Positions 44,244-54,600 of a stretch of 64,000 nt of DNA are shown here, piece after piece; position 1 is the first letter of the stretch; every line of letters begins with the position of its first letter. The translations under genes and the position numbers were made by a program. This DNA comes from Myxococcota bacterium (GTDB lineage Bacteria; Myxococcota_A; UBA796; CAJQPC01). Below the pieces are notes generated by a model, which was not told the DNA's origin, ran no database searches, and worked only from the letters and a program-made list of their open reading frames with translations. Location: the NCBI GenBank assembly GCA_036229005.1, contig JAZAMN010000064.1, forward strand, positions 1 to 64,000. The letters run 5' to 3'.

Positions 44244-47107
44244 GCACCCTGAACACCTACCCCCCAGGCCAGCGCGTCGAGATCCGGGACGAGGAGTGGC
44301 TGGTCCGCCGCACACTCCCGGCCCAACAAGGCACGGCTGTCCAGGTCATCGGCCTCTCTGAGCTGGTGCGCGGCCACGAGGCCACCTTCCTGGACACCCT
44401 GGACCCCGTCACCGTCCTGCGGCCCGAAGACACCGAGCTCGTCCCGGACCCCAGCCCCGGCCACCGCCGCAGCCGCCTCTACCTGGAGGCCCTGCTCCGG
44501 CGCAGCCCGCCCACCGACCCCCGGCTGGTCATCGGCCACCGCGCCGCCATCCGCGAGAGCCCCTACCAGTGGGCCCCCGCCGCCCAGGCCCTCCGCCAGC
44601 CCCGCCCCCGCATCCTCATGGCCGACGGCGTGGGCCTCGGAAAGACCATCGAGGTCGGCGTCCTGCTCTCCGAGCTCATCCAGCGGGGCAGGGGACAGCG
44701 CATCCTGGTCGTCGCCCTCAAGTCCATCCTGGCCCAGTTCCAGGAGGAGCTCTGGGCCCGCTTCACCATCCCCCTGGTCCGCCTGGACTCCGTGGGCATC
44801 CAGCGCGTCCAGGGCCGCATCCCGGCCAACCAGAACCCCTTCCATTACTTCGACCGCGTCATCGTCTCCATCGACACCCTCAAGAAGGATGCGCGCTACC
44901 GCGGCTACCTGGAGAACGCCCACTGGGACGCCGTCGTCATCGACGAGTGCCAGAACGTCGCCGAGCGCGGCACCAAGGCCTCCCAGCGCGCCCGCCTGGC
45001 CCAGCTCCTCGCCCGCACCGCCGACGCCCTCATCCTGACCTCCGCCACCCCCCACGACGGCCGCCCCGAGTCCTTCGCCAGCCTCATGCACCTGCTGGAG
45101 CCCACGGCCATCGCCGACCCCAGCCAGTACACCAAGGACGAGGTCCAGGGCCTCTTCATCCGCCGCTTCCAGAAGGACGTCCGCGCCGGCGCCTCCGGCA
45201 GCTTCCACGAGCGCCAGCTCGGCACCCTGGCCCCCCGCTGCACCGACCCCGAAGAGGCCGCCCTGCTCGCCGTCCGCGGCGCCCGCTTCCACACCATCGG
45301 CCGCTCCCGCAAGACCGACGCCCTCTTCCGCGTCCTGCTCCTCAAGGCCCTGCTCTCCAGCCCCGCCGCCTGCCTCCAGACCCTCGCCGAGCGCCGCCGC
45401 AAGCTGGAGAAGCGCGAGCAGACCGACGACGTGGTCCACGACCTGCAGGTCATCGACGACCTCACACAGACCGTCTCCGCCATCTCCACCGCCCAGCAGT
45501 CCAAGCTCCAGGCCCTCTTCCAGTTCCTGGACGACCTGGGCTACCGCAAGGGCACCCCCGGCAAGCGCGTCGTCATCTTCTCCGAGCGCCGCGCCACCCT
45601 GGACATGCTGCAAGAGCAGCTCGCCGCCCGCTACGGCCTCAAGACCACCGCCGCCCGCAAGGGCGAGCTCCACAAGTGGCGCAAGGGCCAGATCGCCACC
45701 TTCCACGGCTCCCTCCCCGACCAGGAGCAGTACGCCTTGGTCCAGGACTTCTCCAACGAAAAGGGCAGCCTCCGCCTGCTCCTGGGCTCCGACGCCGCCG
45801 CCGAAGGCCTGAACCTCCACCACACCTGCCACCACCTGGTCCACTTCGACATCCCCTGGTCGCTGATCACCCTGGAGCAGCGCAACGGCCGCATCGACCG
45901 CTTCGGCCAGAGCGAGCCCCCCATCATCCGCTACCTGCTCTCCGACCCCGGCCACCCCGATCTGCAGGGCGACATGCGCATCCTCAAGCGCCTGATCGAC
46001 AAGGAGGGCGAAGCCGCCGCCAACCTGGGCGACGTGGCCTGGCTCATGAAGCTCCACGACGCCGTCCAGGAAGAGCGCCGCATCGCTCAGGCCATCGAGT
46101 CCGGCGAGTCCCCCGAGTCCGTGCTCCCCGACGCCGACGACCAGCCCCAGGACGACGACGACTGGCTCCAGGCCCTGCTCGAGGAAGAGGAGGAGGAGGA
46201 GCCGGAGACCACCCGCCCATTCCGCCTCCTACCCTCTGACCTGGAGTATGCCCGCCTGGGCTTTGGAGAGCTGCTGGCCGACGGCGAGGACAGGCTGGTC
46301 CAGTGGGAGCCCGAGCTCTCCGGCTTCGTCCTGCAGATGCCCCCGGACCTGGCCACCCGCTACCGCTACCTGCCCCCCCAGCTCCAGCGCGGAAAGGACG
46401 GCCGCCTCAAGCTCAGCACCGACCGCAAGCGCGTCATGGACGCCTACGCCCAGGCCCGCAACACCGAAGACGGCTGGCCCGAGTGGGAGCTCTTCTGGGA
46501 GCAGCACCCCGTGGCCGAGTGGCTCAACGACCGCGTCCTGGCCACCTTCCGCCGCCACGAGGCTCCCGTGCTCCCGGTGCACGCCCACCTGCAGCCTGGC
46601 CAGGCCGCCTACATCTTCCAGGGCGTGCTCGCCAACCAGCGCTCCGTCCCCGTTCGGGTGGAGTGGGGGGCCGTCGTCCTGCGCGGCCCCGGCGACCTGC
46701 AGCTCCAGCCCTTCGAGAGCCTCGCTGCCGCCGTCGGCCTGGACCAGCCTCTGCCCAACACCGGCCAGTCCCTGGACACCGCCCCCCTCAGCGCGAACCT
46801 CCCCGCCGCCGTCCGCGCCTTTGGCGACCACATGCGCCGCGTCTCCCTGGAGTACCAGCGGGACGCCGTCGCCCAGCTCCGCCCCGCCGTCCGCAAGCTC
46901 CGCGGCTGGCACGGCCGCAGCCTGGAGCAGCTCCAGGCTCAGCAGCAGCGCCTCATCGGCGCCCAGAGCGTCAAAGAGCGCCAGCTCCAGCAGCAGCGCC
47001 AGGAGCTCGACCGCGTCTACAAGAGCCGCCACGACTGGATCCAGAACTCCGTCAAGCCCGGCCCCCCCACCACGCGACTGGCCGCTGTGCTGGTCCGCCC
47101 CGCCTGA
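44240..47107 (+). CDS. SNF2-family helicase (DrmD-like)
   Basis: ADGVGLGKT, IDECQN, SATPHDG, AAEGLNL, FDIPWS...EQRNGRIDRFGQ. Confidence 0.93.
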   Translation: MSTLNTYPPGQRVEIRDEEWLVRRTLPAQQGTAVQVIGLSELVRGHEATFLDTLDPVTVLRPEDTELVPDPSPGHRRSRLYLEALLRRSPPTDPRLVIGHRAAIRESPYQWAPAAQALRQPRPRILMADGVGLGKTIEVGVLLSELIQRGRGQRILVVALKSILAQFQEELWARFTIPLVRLDSVGIQRVQGRIPANQNPFHYFDRVIVSIDTLKKDARYRGYLENAHWDAVVIDECQNVAERGTKASQRARLAQLLARTADALILTSATPHDGRPESFASLMHLLEPTAIADPSQYTKDEVQGLFIRRFQKDVRAGASGSFHERQLGTLAPRCTDPEEAALLAVRGARFHTIGRSRKTDALFRVLLLKALLSSPAACLQTLAERRRKLEKREQTDDVVHDLQVIDDLTQTVSAISTAQQSKLQALFQFLDDLGYRKGTPGKRVVIFSERRATLDMLQEQLAARYGLKTTAARKGELHKWRKGQIATFHGSLPDQEQYALVQDFSNEKGSLRLLLGSDAAAEGLNLHHTCHHLVHFDIPWSLITLEQRNGRIDRFGQSEPPIIRYLLSDPGHPDLQGDMRILKRLIDKEGEAAANLGDVAWLMKLHDAVQEERRIAQAIESGESPESVLPDADDQPQDDDDWLQALLEEEEEEEPETTRPFRLLPSDLEYARLGFGELLADGEDRLVQWEPELSGFVLQMPPDLATRYRYLPPQLQRGKDGRLKLSTDRKRVMDAYAQARNTEDGWPEWELFWEQHPVAEWLNDRVLATFRRHEAPVLPVHAHLQPGQAAYIFQGVLANQRSVPVRVEWGAVVLRGPGDLQLQPFESLAAAVGLDQPLPNTGQSLDTAPLSANLPAAVRAFGDHMRRVSLEYQRDAVAQLRPAVRKLRGWHGRSLEQLQAQQQRLIGAQSVKERQLQQQRQELDRVYKSRHDWIQNSVKPGPPTTRLAAVLVRPA

Positions 47108-47116
47108 GAGCGCCCC

Positions 47117-50100
47117 ATGGCCCTGGACCTCACCGGCATCGAGAACCGCGGGGAGTTCTACTCCCACCACTACCTGGACGCCCTGCTCGAGAGCGACCTC
47201 AAGCCTCTGCTCCAGCAGTGGGCCGACGCCGAGAGCGCCACCCCGCCCGTGCGCGCCCCCTACAAGCGCCTGGGGGGGCTGGCCGGCCGCTACTTCGACG
47301 CCCGCGCCCAGGCCGCTGAGCTTGGCCCCCAGGCCCTCAGCGAGCGCTGGCAGCTCGCCCACGCCTTCCACGCCCACCTGCTGGACGCCCTGGGCTACAC
47401 CCGCAGCCCCCAGACCGTCGAGCTCCCCGGCGGCACCCAGCTCCCCTTGCTGCACGAAGAGCGCCGCGGCGGCCAGGCCGCCCTGTGGGTGATCGAAGCC
47501 CCCGCCCCCCAGCCCGACCAGGACCCCCTGGACGCCCAGCCCCTGCGCGACCAGTACCCCCAGCTGGGCCCCGACACCAAGACCCCCGAGCTCACCTGGC
47601 GCGAGCTCCTGGACCGCGAGCTCTTCCGCCACGACGACGCCCCCACCTGGGTGCTCTTCCTGGGCGGCTCCGAGATCGTGCTGACCCACCGCCACAAGTG
47701 GGGCCGCGGCCAGGCCCTGGCCTTTGACCTGGACGCCCTCTACGCCCGCCGCCAGTCCGCCGCCTTCCGCGCCATGGCCGCCCTGCTCCACCAGCAGGCC
47801 CTGGTCCCCAGCGACGGCGTCTCCCTGCACGAGCACCTGGACGAGTCCAGCCACAAGCACGCCTTCTCCGTCTCCGGCGACCTGCGACGCGGCGCCGAGC
47901 AGGCCATCGAGATCCTGGGCAATGAAACCGCCTGGTACCTGCGCACCGTGCGCCGCCGCGGCGTCTTCGGCAGCAGCGAGTCCGCCGAGTCCGTCGACCC
48001 CACCCAGCTCACCCGCGAGCTGCTGGTCTATCTGTATCGCCTCATCTTCCTGTTCTACGTCGAGTCCCGCAGCGACGCCCTGGGCGTCGTCCCCATGCGC
48101 TCCGAGTCCTACCGCCGCGGCTACAGCCTGGAGTCCCTGCGCGATCTGGAGCAGGTCCCCCTGAGCACCCCCCAGGCCCAGGAAGGCTACTTCCTGCACC
48201 ACAGCCTCCAGCAGCTCTTCAAGCTGGTCAACCAGGGCCACGGCGTCGCCGCCCAGCAGTCCCTGAACGCGGCGGGCATGGACGCCGCCGGCTTCCGCAT
48301 CCGCGGCCTGCACAGCCGCCTCTTTGACGACACCCAGCTCTCCATCCTGGCCCGGGTCCGCTTCCGCAACGCCGCCCTCCAGCGCGTCATCCAGCTCCTC
48401 TCCTTGTCAGAGGAGGGCAAGCACCGCCAGCGCGGCCGCATCTCCTACGCCAGCCTGGGCATCAACCAGCTCGGCGCCGTCTACGAGGGCCTGCTCTCCT
48501 ACACCGGCTTCTTCGCCAAGGTCGATCTGATCGAGGTCGCCAACCCAGAGAAGAAGGGCAAGCCCGACGCTCGCAGCTTCTTCGTGCCCGAGTCCCACAT
48601 CGACCGCTACGACGACGCGGAGGTCGTGCGCGATCCCAAGACCGGCGCCCGCAAGCGCTACCCTCGGGGCAGCTATCTGTATCGCCTGGCCGGCCGCGAC
48701 CGCGAGAAGTCCGCCAGCTTCTACACCCCCGAGGTCCTCACCCGCGCCCTGGTCCGCTACACCCTGCAGGAGCGCATCGGCAAGGACGGCGCCCCCGACG
48801 CACTGCCCGCCGACGCGCTGCTCACCCTGAGCATCTGCGAGCCCGCCATGGGCAGCGGCGCCTTCTTGAACGAGGTCATCGAGCAGCTCGCCCACGCCTA
48901 CCTGGACCGCAAGTCCGCCGAGCTGGGCCAGCAGATCCCGGCCGCCGACTACCCCCGCGAGCTCCAGCGGGTCAAGGCCCACATGGCCGCCACCCAGTGC
49001 TACGGCGTGGACCAGAACCCCCTCGCCACCGAGCTGGGCAAGGTCTCCCTGTGGCTGAACACCCTGCGCCCGGGCGCCCCCGCACCCTTCTTCGACCCGC
49101 GCATCGTCACCGGCAACTCCCTGGTGGGCGCCCGCCTGGCCGTCTACACCCCCAAGCACCTGCACAAGGCCGGCAAGAACAAGCCCCCCAACTGGACCGA
49201 GGCCGCCCCCGAGCCCCTGCAGGGCCCCCGCGCTCCCCAGGCCATCTACCACTTCCTGCTGCCCACCACCGGCATGGCCCCCTTCGACGGCGACAAGGTC
49301 GTCAAGGCCCTGCTCCCCGAGCGCGTGGCCGAGCTCAAGGCCTGGCACAAGACCCTCAAGGCCGCCTGGAGCCCCGCACACCGGGCCCGCCTCCAGAAGC
49401 TGTCGGAGCAGGTGGACAGTCTGTGGGAGGAGGTAGCGGCGCATCGGCGCAAGACACTGGCCGCCTGCACCCCCCCAAGCCCCGTCTGGCCGGAACCTGA
49501 CAACACCGACCCCGCAGACGAGGACACCCTGGCCGCGACCTGGCGCCAGGCCCAGGACGACGACTCCGCCGGCAAGCGCCTGCGGGCCGTCATGGACTAC
49601 TGGTGCGCCCTGTGGTTCTGGCCCCTGCAGCGCGCCGCCGAGCTGCCCAGCCGAGAGCAGTGGCTGGCCGATCTGGAGCTCTTGTTGGCGGGCCGCCGCC
49701 GGGATGCGGGCAGCGACAGCCCCACCGCCCGGCGCCTGGACCTGGCCGCCGAGCTCGCACAGACCCACCGCTTTGTGCACTGGCCCCTGGAGTTCCCGGA
49801 GGTGTTGGCGAATGGTGGCTTTGACGTGGTGGTGGGAAATCCGCCGTGGATCAAGCTGCAGTGGAACGAGGGCGGCATCCTGTCGGATCTGGACCCCCGC
49901 CTGGTCATCCGGCGCATGTCCGCCAAGAAGATGGCCGATCAGCGCGCACAGACTCTGGAGCAGCCGGAGGCCCTTGCCGCGTATCTGGGGGAGTTTGAGG
50001 GGCTGGAGGGGCAGAAGGCCTTTTTGAATGGGGTGGGGAACTATCCACTGTTGAAGGGGGTGCAGACGAATCTGTACAAGGCCTTCTTGAGCCTGGGCTG

Positions 50101-51691
50101 GCGTGTGCTGGACCGCGCTGGCATCGGCGGCATGTTCCACCAGGCAGGCATCTTTGATGACCCCAAGGGCGGGGCCCTGCGCAGCCACGCTTTCCCCCGG
50201 ATGCGGCTGGTTGGTCTCGCCAAGAACCAGCTCAGTCTCTTTGAGGGTGTCACGCACCAGCGGCCCTACTGCTTCACAGTCTGGGGAGGCCGAGAGGACG
50301 TCTCGGTAGACTTCCGCTGTGTGTCCAACCTCTTCCACCCCCGCACCCTCGACGCCTCGCTGGAACACGACGGCCTCGGCGAGGTCCCCGGAATCAAAGA
50401 CGACGAGGGCAACTGGGACCTGCGCGGCCACTGCTCCCGCATCGTCCACGTGGACCAGGCCACCCTGGGCCTCTTCGCCAAGCTCTACGACCCCCCTGGC
50501 ACGCCGGCCCTGCAGGCCCGGCTGCCGGTGGTCCACAGCCAGGAGATCCTGAGCGTGCTGCGCAAGCTGGCCCAGGCGCCGCGCACCCTGGCGGATCTGG
50601 AGGGGCAGTTCTTCGCCACGGTGTGCTTCGATGAGACCGGAGCGCAGCGCAACGGGACCATCAAGCGGGACGTCCGCTTCCCTGCCGACCCCAGCGAGTG
50701 GGTGGTCTCCGGCCCCCACTTCTACGTGGGCACCCCCTTCAACAAGACCCCCAACGAAGGCTGCCGCCACAACCAGGACTACAGCGTGGTGGACTGGATG
50801 GACATGCCGGCGGACTACCTGCCCCGCACGAACTACGTGCCGGCCTGTGATGCGGAGACCTACCGGGAGCGCACGCCGCACTGGCAGGGGCGGCCGGTGA
50901 CGGAGTCGTTTAGGCACGTCCATCGCCGAATGGCTCCGCCTACTGGAGAGCGCACGCTGGCGCTGGCGATTTTGCCCCCCGGGGCTGCCCACACTCACAC
51001 TGTGATCTCGTTTACGTATTCGTCACCGAAGGAGTTGGTCGCCAGCGCGGGGTTCTTCTCCTCCATTCCGTATGACTTCTTCGCCAAGTCCACGGGGAAG
51101 AGCGACATCTATGAGCAGACGATTGCTGCATTCGCTAGGCCAGAGGCACCCACGCAGTTGATTTCGCGCGCCCTCCGCCTGAACTGCCTCACCGCCCACT
51201 ACGCCGACCTCTGGTCGGAGCTCTACCAGCCTGACTTCGCCGGCGACACCCACACAAAGACCGACCCCCGGCTGCCCGACTGGTCCCACTTGGTGGACCA
51301 CTGGACCTGGGACACCCCCCTCCGCTCTCCCTTCTCCCGCCGGCAGGCGCTGGTGGAGCTAGACGCGCTGGCCGCCATCGCCCTGGGCCTCACAGCGGAA
51401 GAGCTCTGCCTGATCTACCGCGTACAGTTCCCGGTGCTGCGCGGCTACGAGAGCGACACCTGGTACGACCAGCGCGGGCGCATCGTGTTCACCAACAACC
51501 GCGGCCTGAACGGCGTGGGGCTCTCCCGAAAGGAGTGGAACGAGATCCGCGACGCCCAGCCCGGCGACCCCCTGCCGGAGTGGGCCCGCGACAACCTGGG
51601 TTGCTACCAGCCGCCCTTTGACCGCTGCGACCGGGAGGCCGACATGACCCAGGCCTACAACGCCTTTGTGGCCCGGGGGGTGACCCAGTGA
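47117..51691 (+). CDS. Large N6-adenine DNA methyltransferase (Eco57I/type IIG-like, DrmMI-like)
   Basis: LGAVYEGLL, REKSASFYTP, CEPAMGSGAFL (motif I), YGVDQNP, GFDVVVGNPPW (motif IV), NLYKAF, C-terminal TRD region. Confidence 0.93.
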   Translation: MALDLTGIENRGEFYSHHYLDALLESDLKPLLQQWADAESATPPVRAPYKRLGGLAGRYFDARAQAAELGPQALSERWQLAHAFHAHLLDALGYTRSPQTVELPGGTQLPLLHEERRGGQAALWVIEAPAPQPDQDPLDAQPLRDQYPQLGPDTKTPELTWRELLDRELFRHDDAPTWVLFLGGSEIVLTHRHKWGRGQALAFDLDALYARRQSAAFRAMAALLHQQALVPSDGVSLHEHLDESSHKHAFSVSGDLRRGAEQAIEILGNETAWYLRTVRRRGVFGSSESAESVDPTQLTRELLVYLYRLIFLFYVESRSDALGVVPMRSESYRRGYSLESLRDLEQVPLSTPQAQEGYFLHHSLQQLFKLVNQGHGVAAQQSLNAAGMDAAGFRIRGLHSRLFDDTQLSILARVRFRNAALQRVIQLLSLSEEGKHRQRGRISYASLGINQLGAVYEGLLSYTGFFAKVDLIEVANPEKKGKPDARSFFVPESHIDRYDDAEVVRDPKTGARKRYPRGSYLYRLAGRDREKSASFYTPEVLTRALVRYTLQERIGKDGAPDALPADALLTLSICEPAMGSGAFLNEVIEQLAHAYLDRKSAELGQQIPAADYPRELQRVKAHMAATQCYGVDQNPLATELGKVSLWLNTLRPGAPAPFFDPRIVTGNSLVGARLAVYTPKHLHKAGKNKPPNWTEAAPEPLQGPRAPQAIYHFLLPTTGMAPFDGDKVVKALLPERVAELKAWHKTLKAAWSPAHRARLQKLSEQVDSLWEEVAAHRRKTLAACTPPSPVWPEPDNTDPADEDTLAATWRQAQDDDSAGKRLRAVMDYWCALWFWPLQRAAELPSREQWLADLELLLAGRRRDAGSDSPTARRLDLAAELAQTHRFVHWPLEFPEVLANGGFDVVVGNPPWIKLQWNEGGILSDLDPRLVIRRMSAKKMADQRAQTLEQPEALAAYLGEFEGLEGQKAFLNGVGNYPLLKGVQTNLYKAFLSLGWRVLDRAGIGGMFHQAGIFDDPKGGALRSHAFPRMRLVGLAKNQLSLFEGVTHQRPYCFTVWGGREDVSVDFRCVSNLFHPRTLDASLEHDGLGEVPGIKDDEGNWDLRGHCSRIVHVDQATLGLFAKLYDPPGTPALQARLPVVHSQEILSVLRKLAQAPRTLADLEGQFFATVCFDETGAQRNGTIKRDVRFPADPSEWVVSGPHFYVGTPFNKTPNEGCRHNQDYSVVDWMDMPADYLPRTNYVPACDAETYRERTPHWQGRPVTESFRHVHRRMAPPTGERTLALAILPPGAAHTHTVISFTYSSPKELVASAGFFSSIPYDFFAKSTGKSDIYEQTIAAFARPEAPTQLISRALRLNCLTAHYADLWSELYQPDFAGDTHTKTDPRLPDWSHLVDHWTWDTPLRSPFSRRQALVELDALAAIALGLTAEELCLIYRVQFPVLRGYESDTWYDQRGRIVFTNNRGLNGVGLSRKEWNEIRDAQPGDPLPEWARDNLGCYQPPFDRCDREADMTQAYNAFVARGVTQ

Positions 51692-54600
51692 TCCCCAGCG
51701 TCGTCGCCCGCCAGCTCCAGGACAACCTGCTGGACTACGTGGGGGCCACCCTGGCCCTCTCCGACGCCGCGGTGGACGACGCCCTGCAGGCGCACCTGGC
51801 CGGGAAAAACGGCCTCTTCGCCGGGCCCTACCTGCGCCTGGGCCTGCCCTTTGCCAGCGCGCCCGCGGACGCGCCTCCGGTGCTGGACGTCGGGCCGCCC
51901 TTTGTGCCCTACGCCCACCAGCGGCAGGCCTTCGAGCAGCTCTCCAGCGACCAGGCCCAGCCGCGCAACACGCTGATCACCACGGGCACCGGCTCGGGCA
52001 AGACCGAGTGCTTTTTGTACCCCATCCTGGACCACTGCCAGCGGCACCGGGACACGCCGGGGGTGCAGGCCATCCTGATCTACCCCATGAACGCCCTGGC
52101 CACCGACCAGGCCCGGCGCTTCGCCCAGGCCATCCACGAAGATCCGCGCCTGCACGGCCTGCGCGTGGGTCTGTATGTGGGCGGCAAGGGGGGCACCCGC
52201 AAGATGGGCCCCGAGCAGGTGATCGAAGACAAGGACGTGCTGCGCAAGCACCCCCCACAGATCCTGCTCACCAACTACAAGATGCTGGACTTCATGCTGC
52301 TGCGCCCCGACGAGCGCAAGCTGTGGTCCCACAACGGCCCCCAGACCCTGCGCTACCTGGTGATCGACGAGCTGCACACCTTCGACGGCGCCCAGGGCTC
52401 GGACGTGGCCTGCCTGATCCGGCGCCTCAAGGCCCGCCTGGGCACGCCCCCGGGGCACCTGATCTGCGCGGGGACCTCGGCGACCATCGGCGGCAGCGCG
52501 GACGGCGACTCAGTGGCCCGGCTCTCGGAGTTCGCCGGCCTGGTCTTTGACGCGGACTTCCACCCCAGCGCCGTGGTGGGGGAGCAGCGCGTGCCCCGCC
52601 GGGAGTTTCTGCGACAGGCCACCGGCCCCACGCCGCTGCCTGACCGCGCCCAGCTCGCCGCCCTGCACCCCGGACCGGACGCGGAGGCCTGGCTGAGCCA
52701 GCAGCAGCAGCTCTGGCTGGGCCAGGTCTTCGACGACCCGGTGGCCCTGGGCGACGCCCTGCGCGCGCACCCCCTGCTGGACCACCTGCTGGCGCTCTGC
52801 GCCGCGCACCCTCGGCCCCTGCCCAAGCTGGCCCAGCGCCTGCACGAGCGCATGCCGGAGCTGCGCGCCTACCGCGACGACGCCCTGGGCGCGCTGCTCG
52901 ACTCCTTCTTGGGCTTGCTGGCCCACGCCCGCCGCAAGCAGGGCTCCAAGACCCTGCCGCTGGTCACCCTGCAGATGCAGCTCTGGAGCCGGGAGCTCAC
53001 CCGCCTGCTGCGCGTGCTCCCCAACCGCCAGCGCCCCGAGCAGCAGCCCGAGATCGGTGAGTCCCCGGGCATCGACGGGCTGGTCCCGCGCTTTGTGTGG
53101 TGGACCGAGCAGCCCAACCCCGACCGCTCCAAGCCCCTGGCCGGTGTGCAGGCCCACTGCCGCGAGTGCGGCGCCGTGGGCTTGGCCTGCGCGGAGACGG
53201 AAGCCGACCAGCAGAAGGGCCAGCTCACCTGGGACCCCGGCGCGGTGGGCCAGCACTGGATGGAGAGCAGCCGGGCGGCGCGCTTTCTGTGGCTGCGCCC
53301 CCTGGACCACGAGCAGCGGGTGGGGGAGCTGATCCACTGGCTGGATCCCAGCGGCGGCGTGGTCATGGGCGTGGAGCCCGTGGACGACCAGGGGCAGGGG
53401 ACCGGCGTGCCCGTCATCGTGGAGAAGCGCCTGGGCAACGGGGGGCGCTTTCTGGCCCAGTGCCCCTGCTGCGAGAGCGAAGACGCCCTGCGCATCCTGG
53501 GCGCCCGCGCCGCCAGCCTGAGCAGCGTGGTCATCTCCCAGCTCTTCCAGTCGGACTACCACCACGACCCCAAGCTGCTGGCCTTCACCGACTCGGTGCA
53601 GGACGCCAGCCACCGGGCCGGGTTCTTTGGCGCCCGCAGCTTCCGCATTCACCTGCGCGTGGCCATGCAGGCCGTCCTGCGCGCCGCCCAGGACCGGGGG
53701 GAGACCCTGACCCTGGAGAGCGCCCCCAAGGCCTTCCTGGAGCACTGGAAGGCCGAGCAGGGCGCGGCCTGGACCATGGCCGCCTTCTTCCCGCCCGACC
53801 TGCGGGAACTGCCCGAGTTCACGACCTACGTGGAGAAGAAGGGCAAGGGCCGCCACCAGCGCCTGTGGAACATCCTGCGCGCCCGCATGGGCTGGGAGTT
53901 CACCCGGGAGTTCGGCCTGATGGCCAGCCTGGGGCGCAGCCTGGAGCGCACGGGGGCCAGCACCCTGGCCATCGATCCCCAGCGCCTGGAGCAGGCGCAG
54001 CAGCGCTTTGAGCAGTGGCTGGCCCAGGACGGGCTGGCCGGCCCCAAGGCCCTGCCCCGCGCCTTCGTGCTGGGCCTGCTCCACCGCATGCGACACCAGG
54101 GCGGCATCCACCACCCCTACCTGGAGAGCTACCGGCGCAGCCTGGGCAACGCCTTCCTGCTCAACCGCCGCAAGAACCCCCACATCAGCTACTTCGGCCG
54201 CCGCACGCGGCGCCCCCGCTATGTGAGCTCCTACGCCAAGGGAAAACGTTTTGCCTCGCCCTTCTCCCGCCGCTCGGCGGCGGGCTGGTACGGCGACTGG
54301 ATGAACCGCTGCCTGGACTGGGGCAGCCCCGGTCCCGACGACGTGGCCCGCGTCTACCGCCAGCTCCTGGCCCACCTGGTGGAGGCCGGCATCCTGGAGC
54401 AGCGGGACGCCGAGGGCGGCGCCGAGACCTGGGGCCTGCGCCCCGACGCCCTGCACCTGAGCCTGGAGCTGGGCCGCCTGCGGGACGGGCACCGCCACCA
54501 GCACCTGCACGCCGCGGAGACCCAGGTCATCGCCGGCGGCCCGGTCTGGCGCTTCCGGGCCCCGGAGCGCTTTGTGTCTCAGAAGCCCCAGCCCGGCTTC

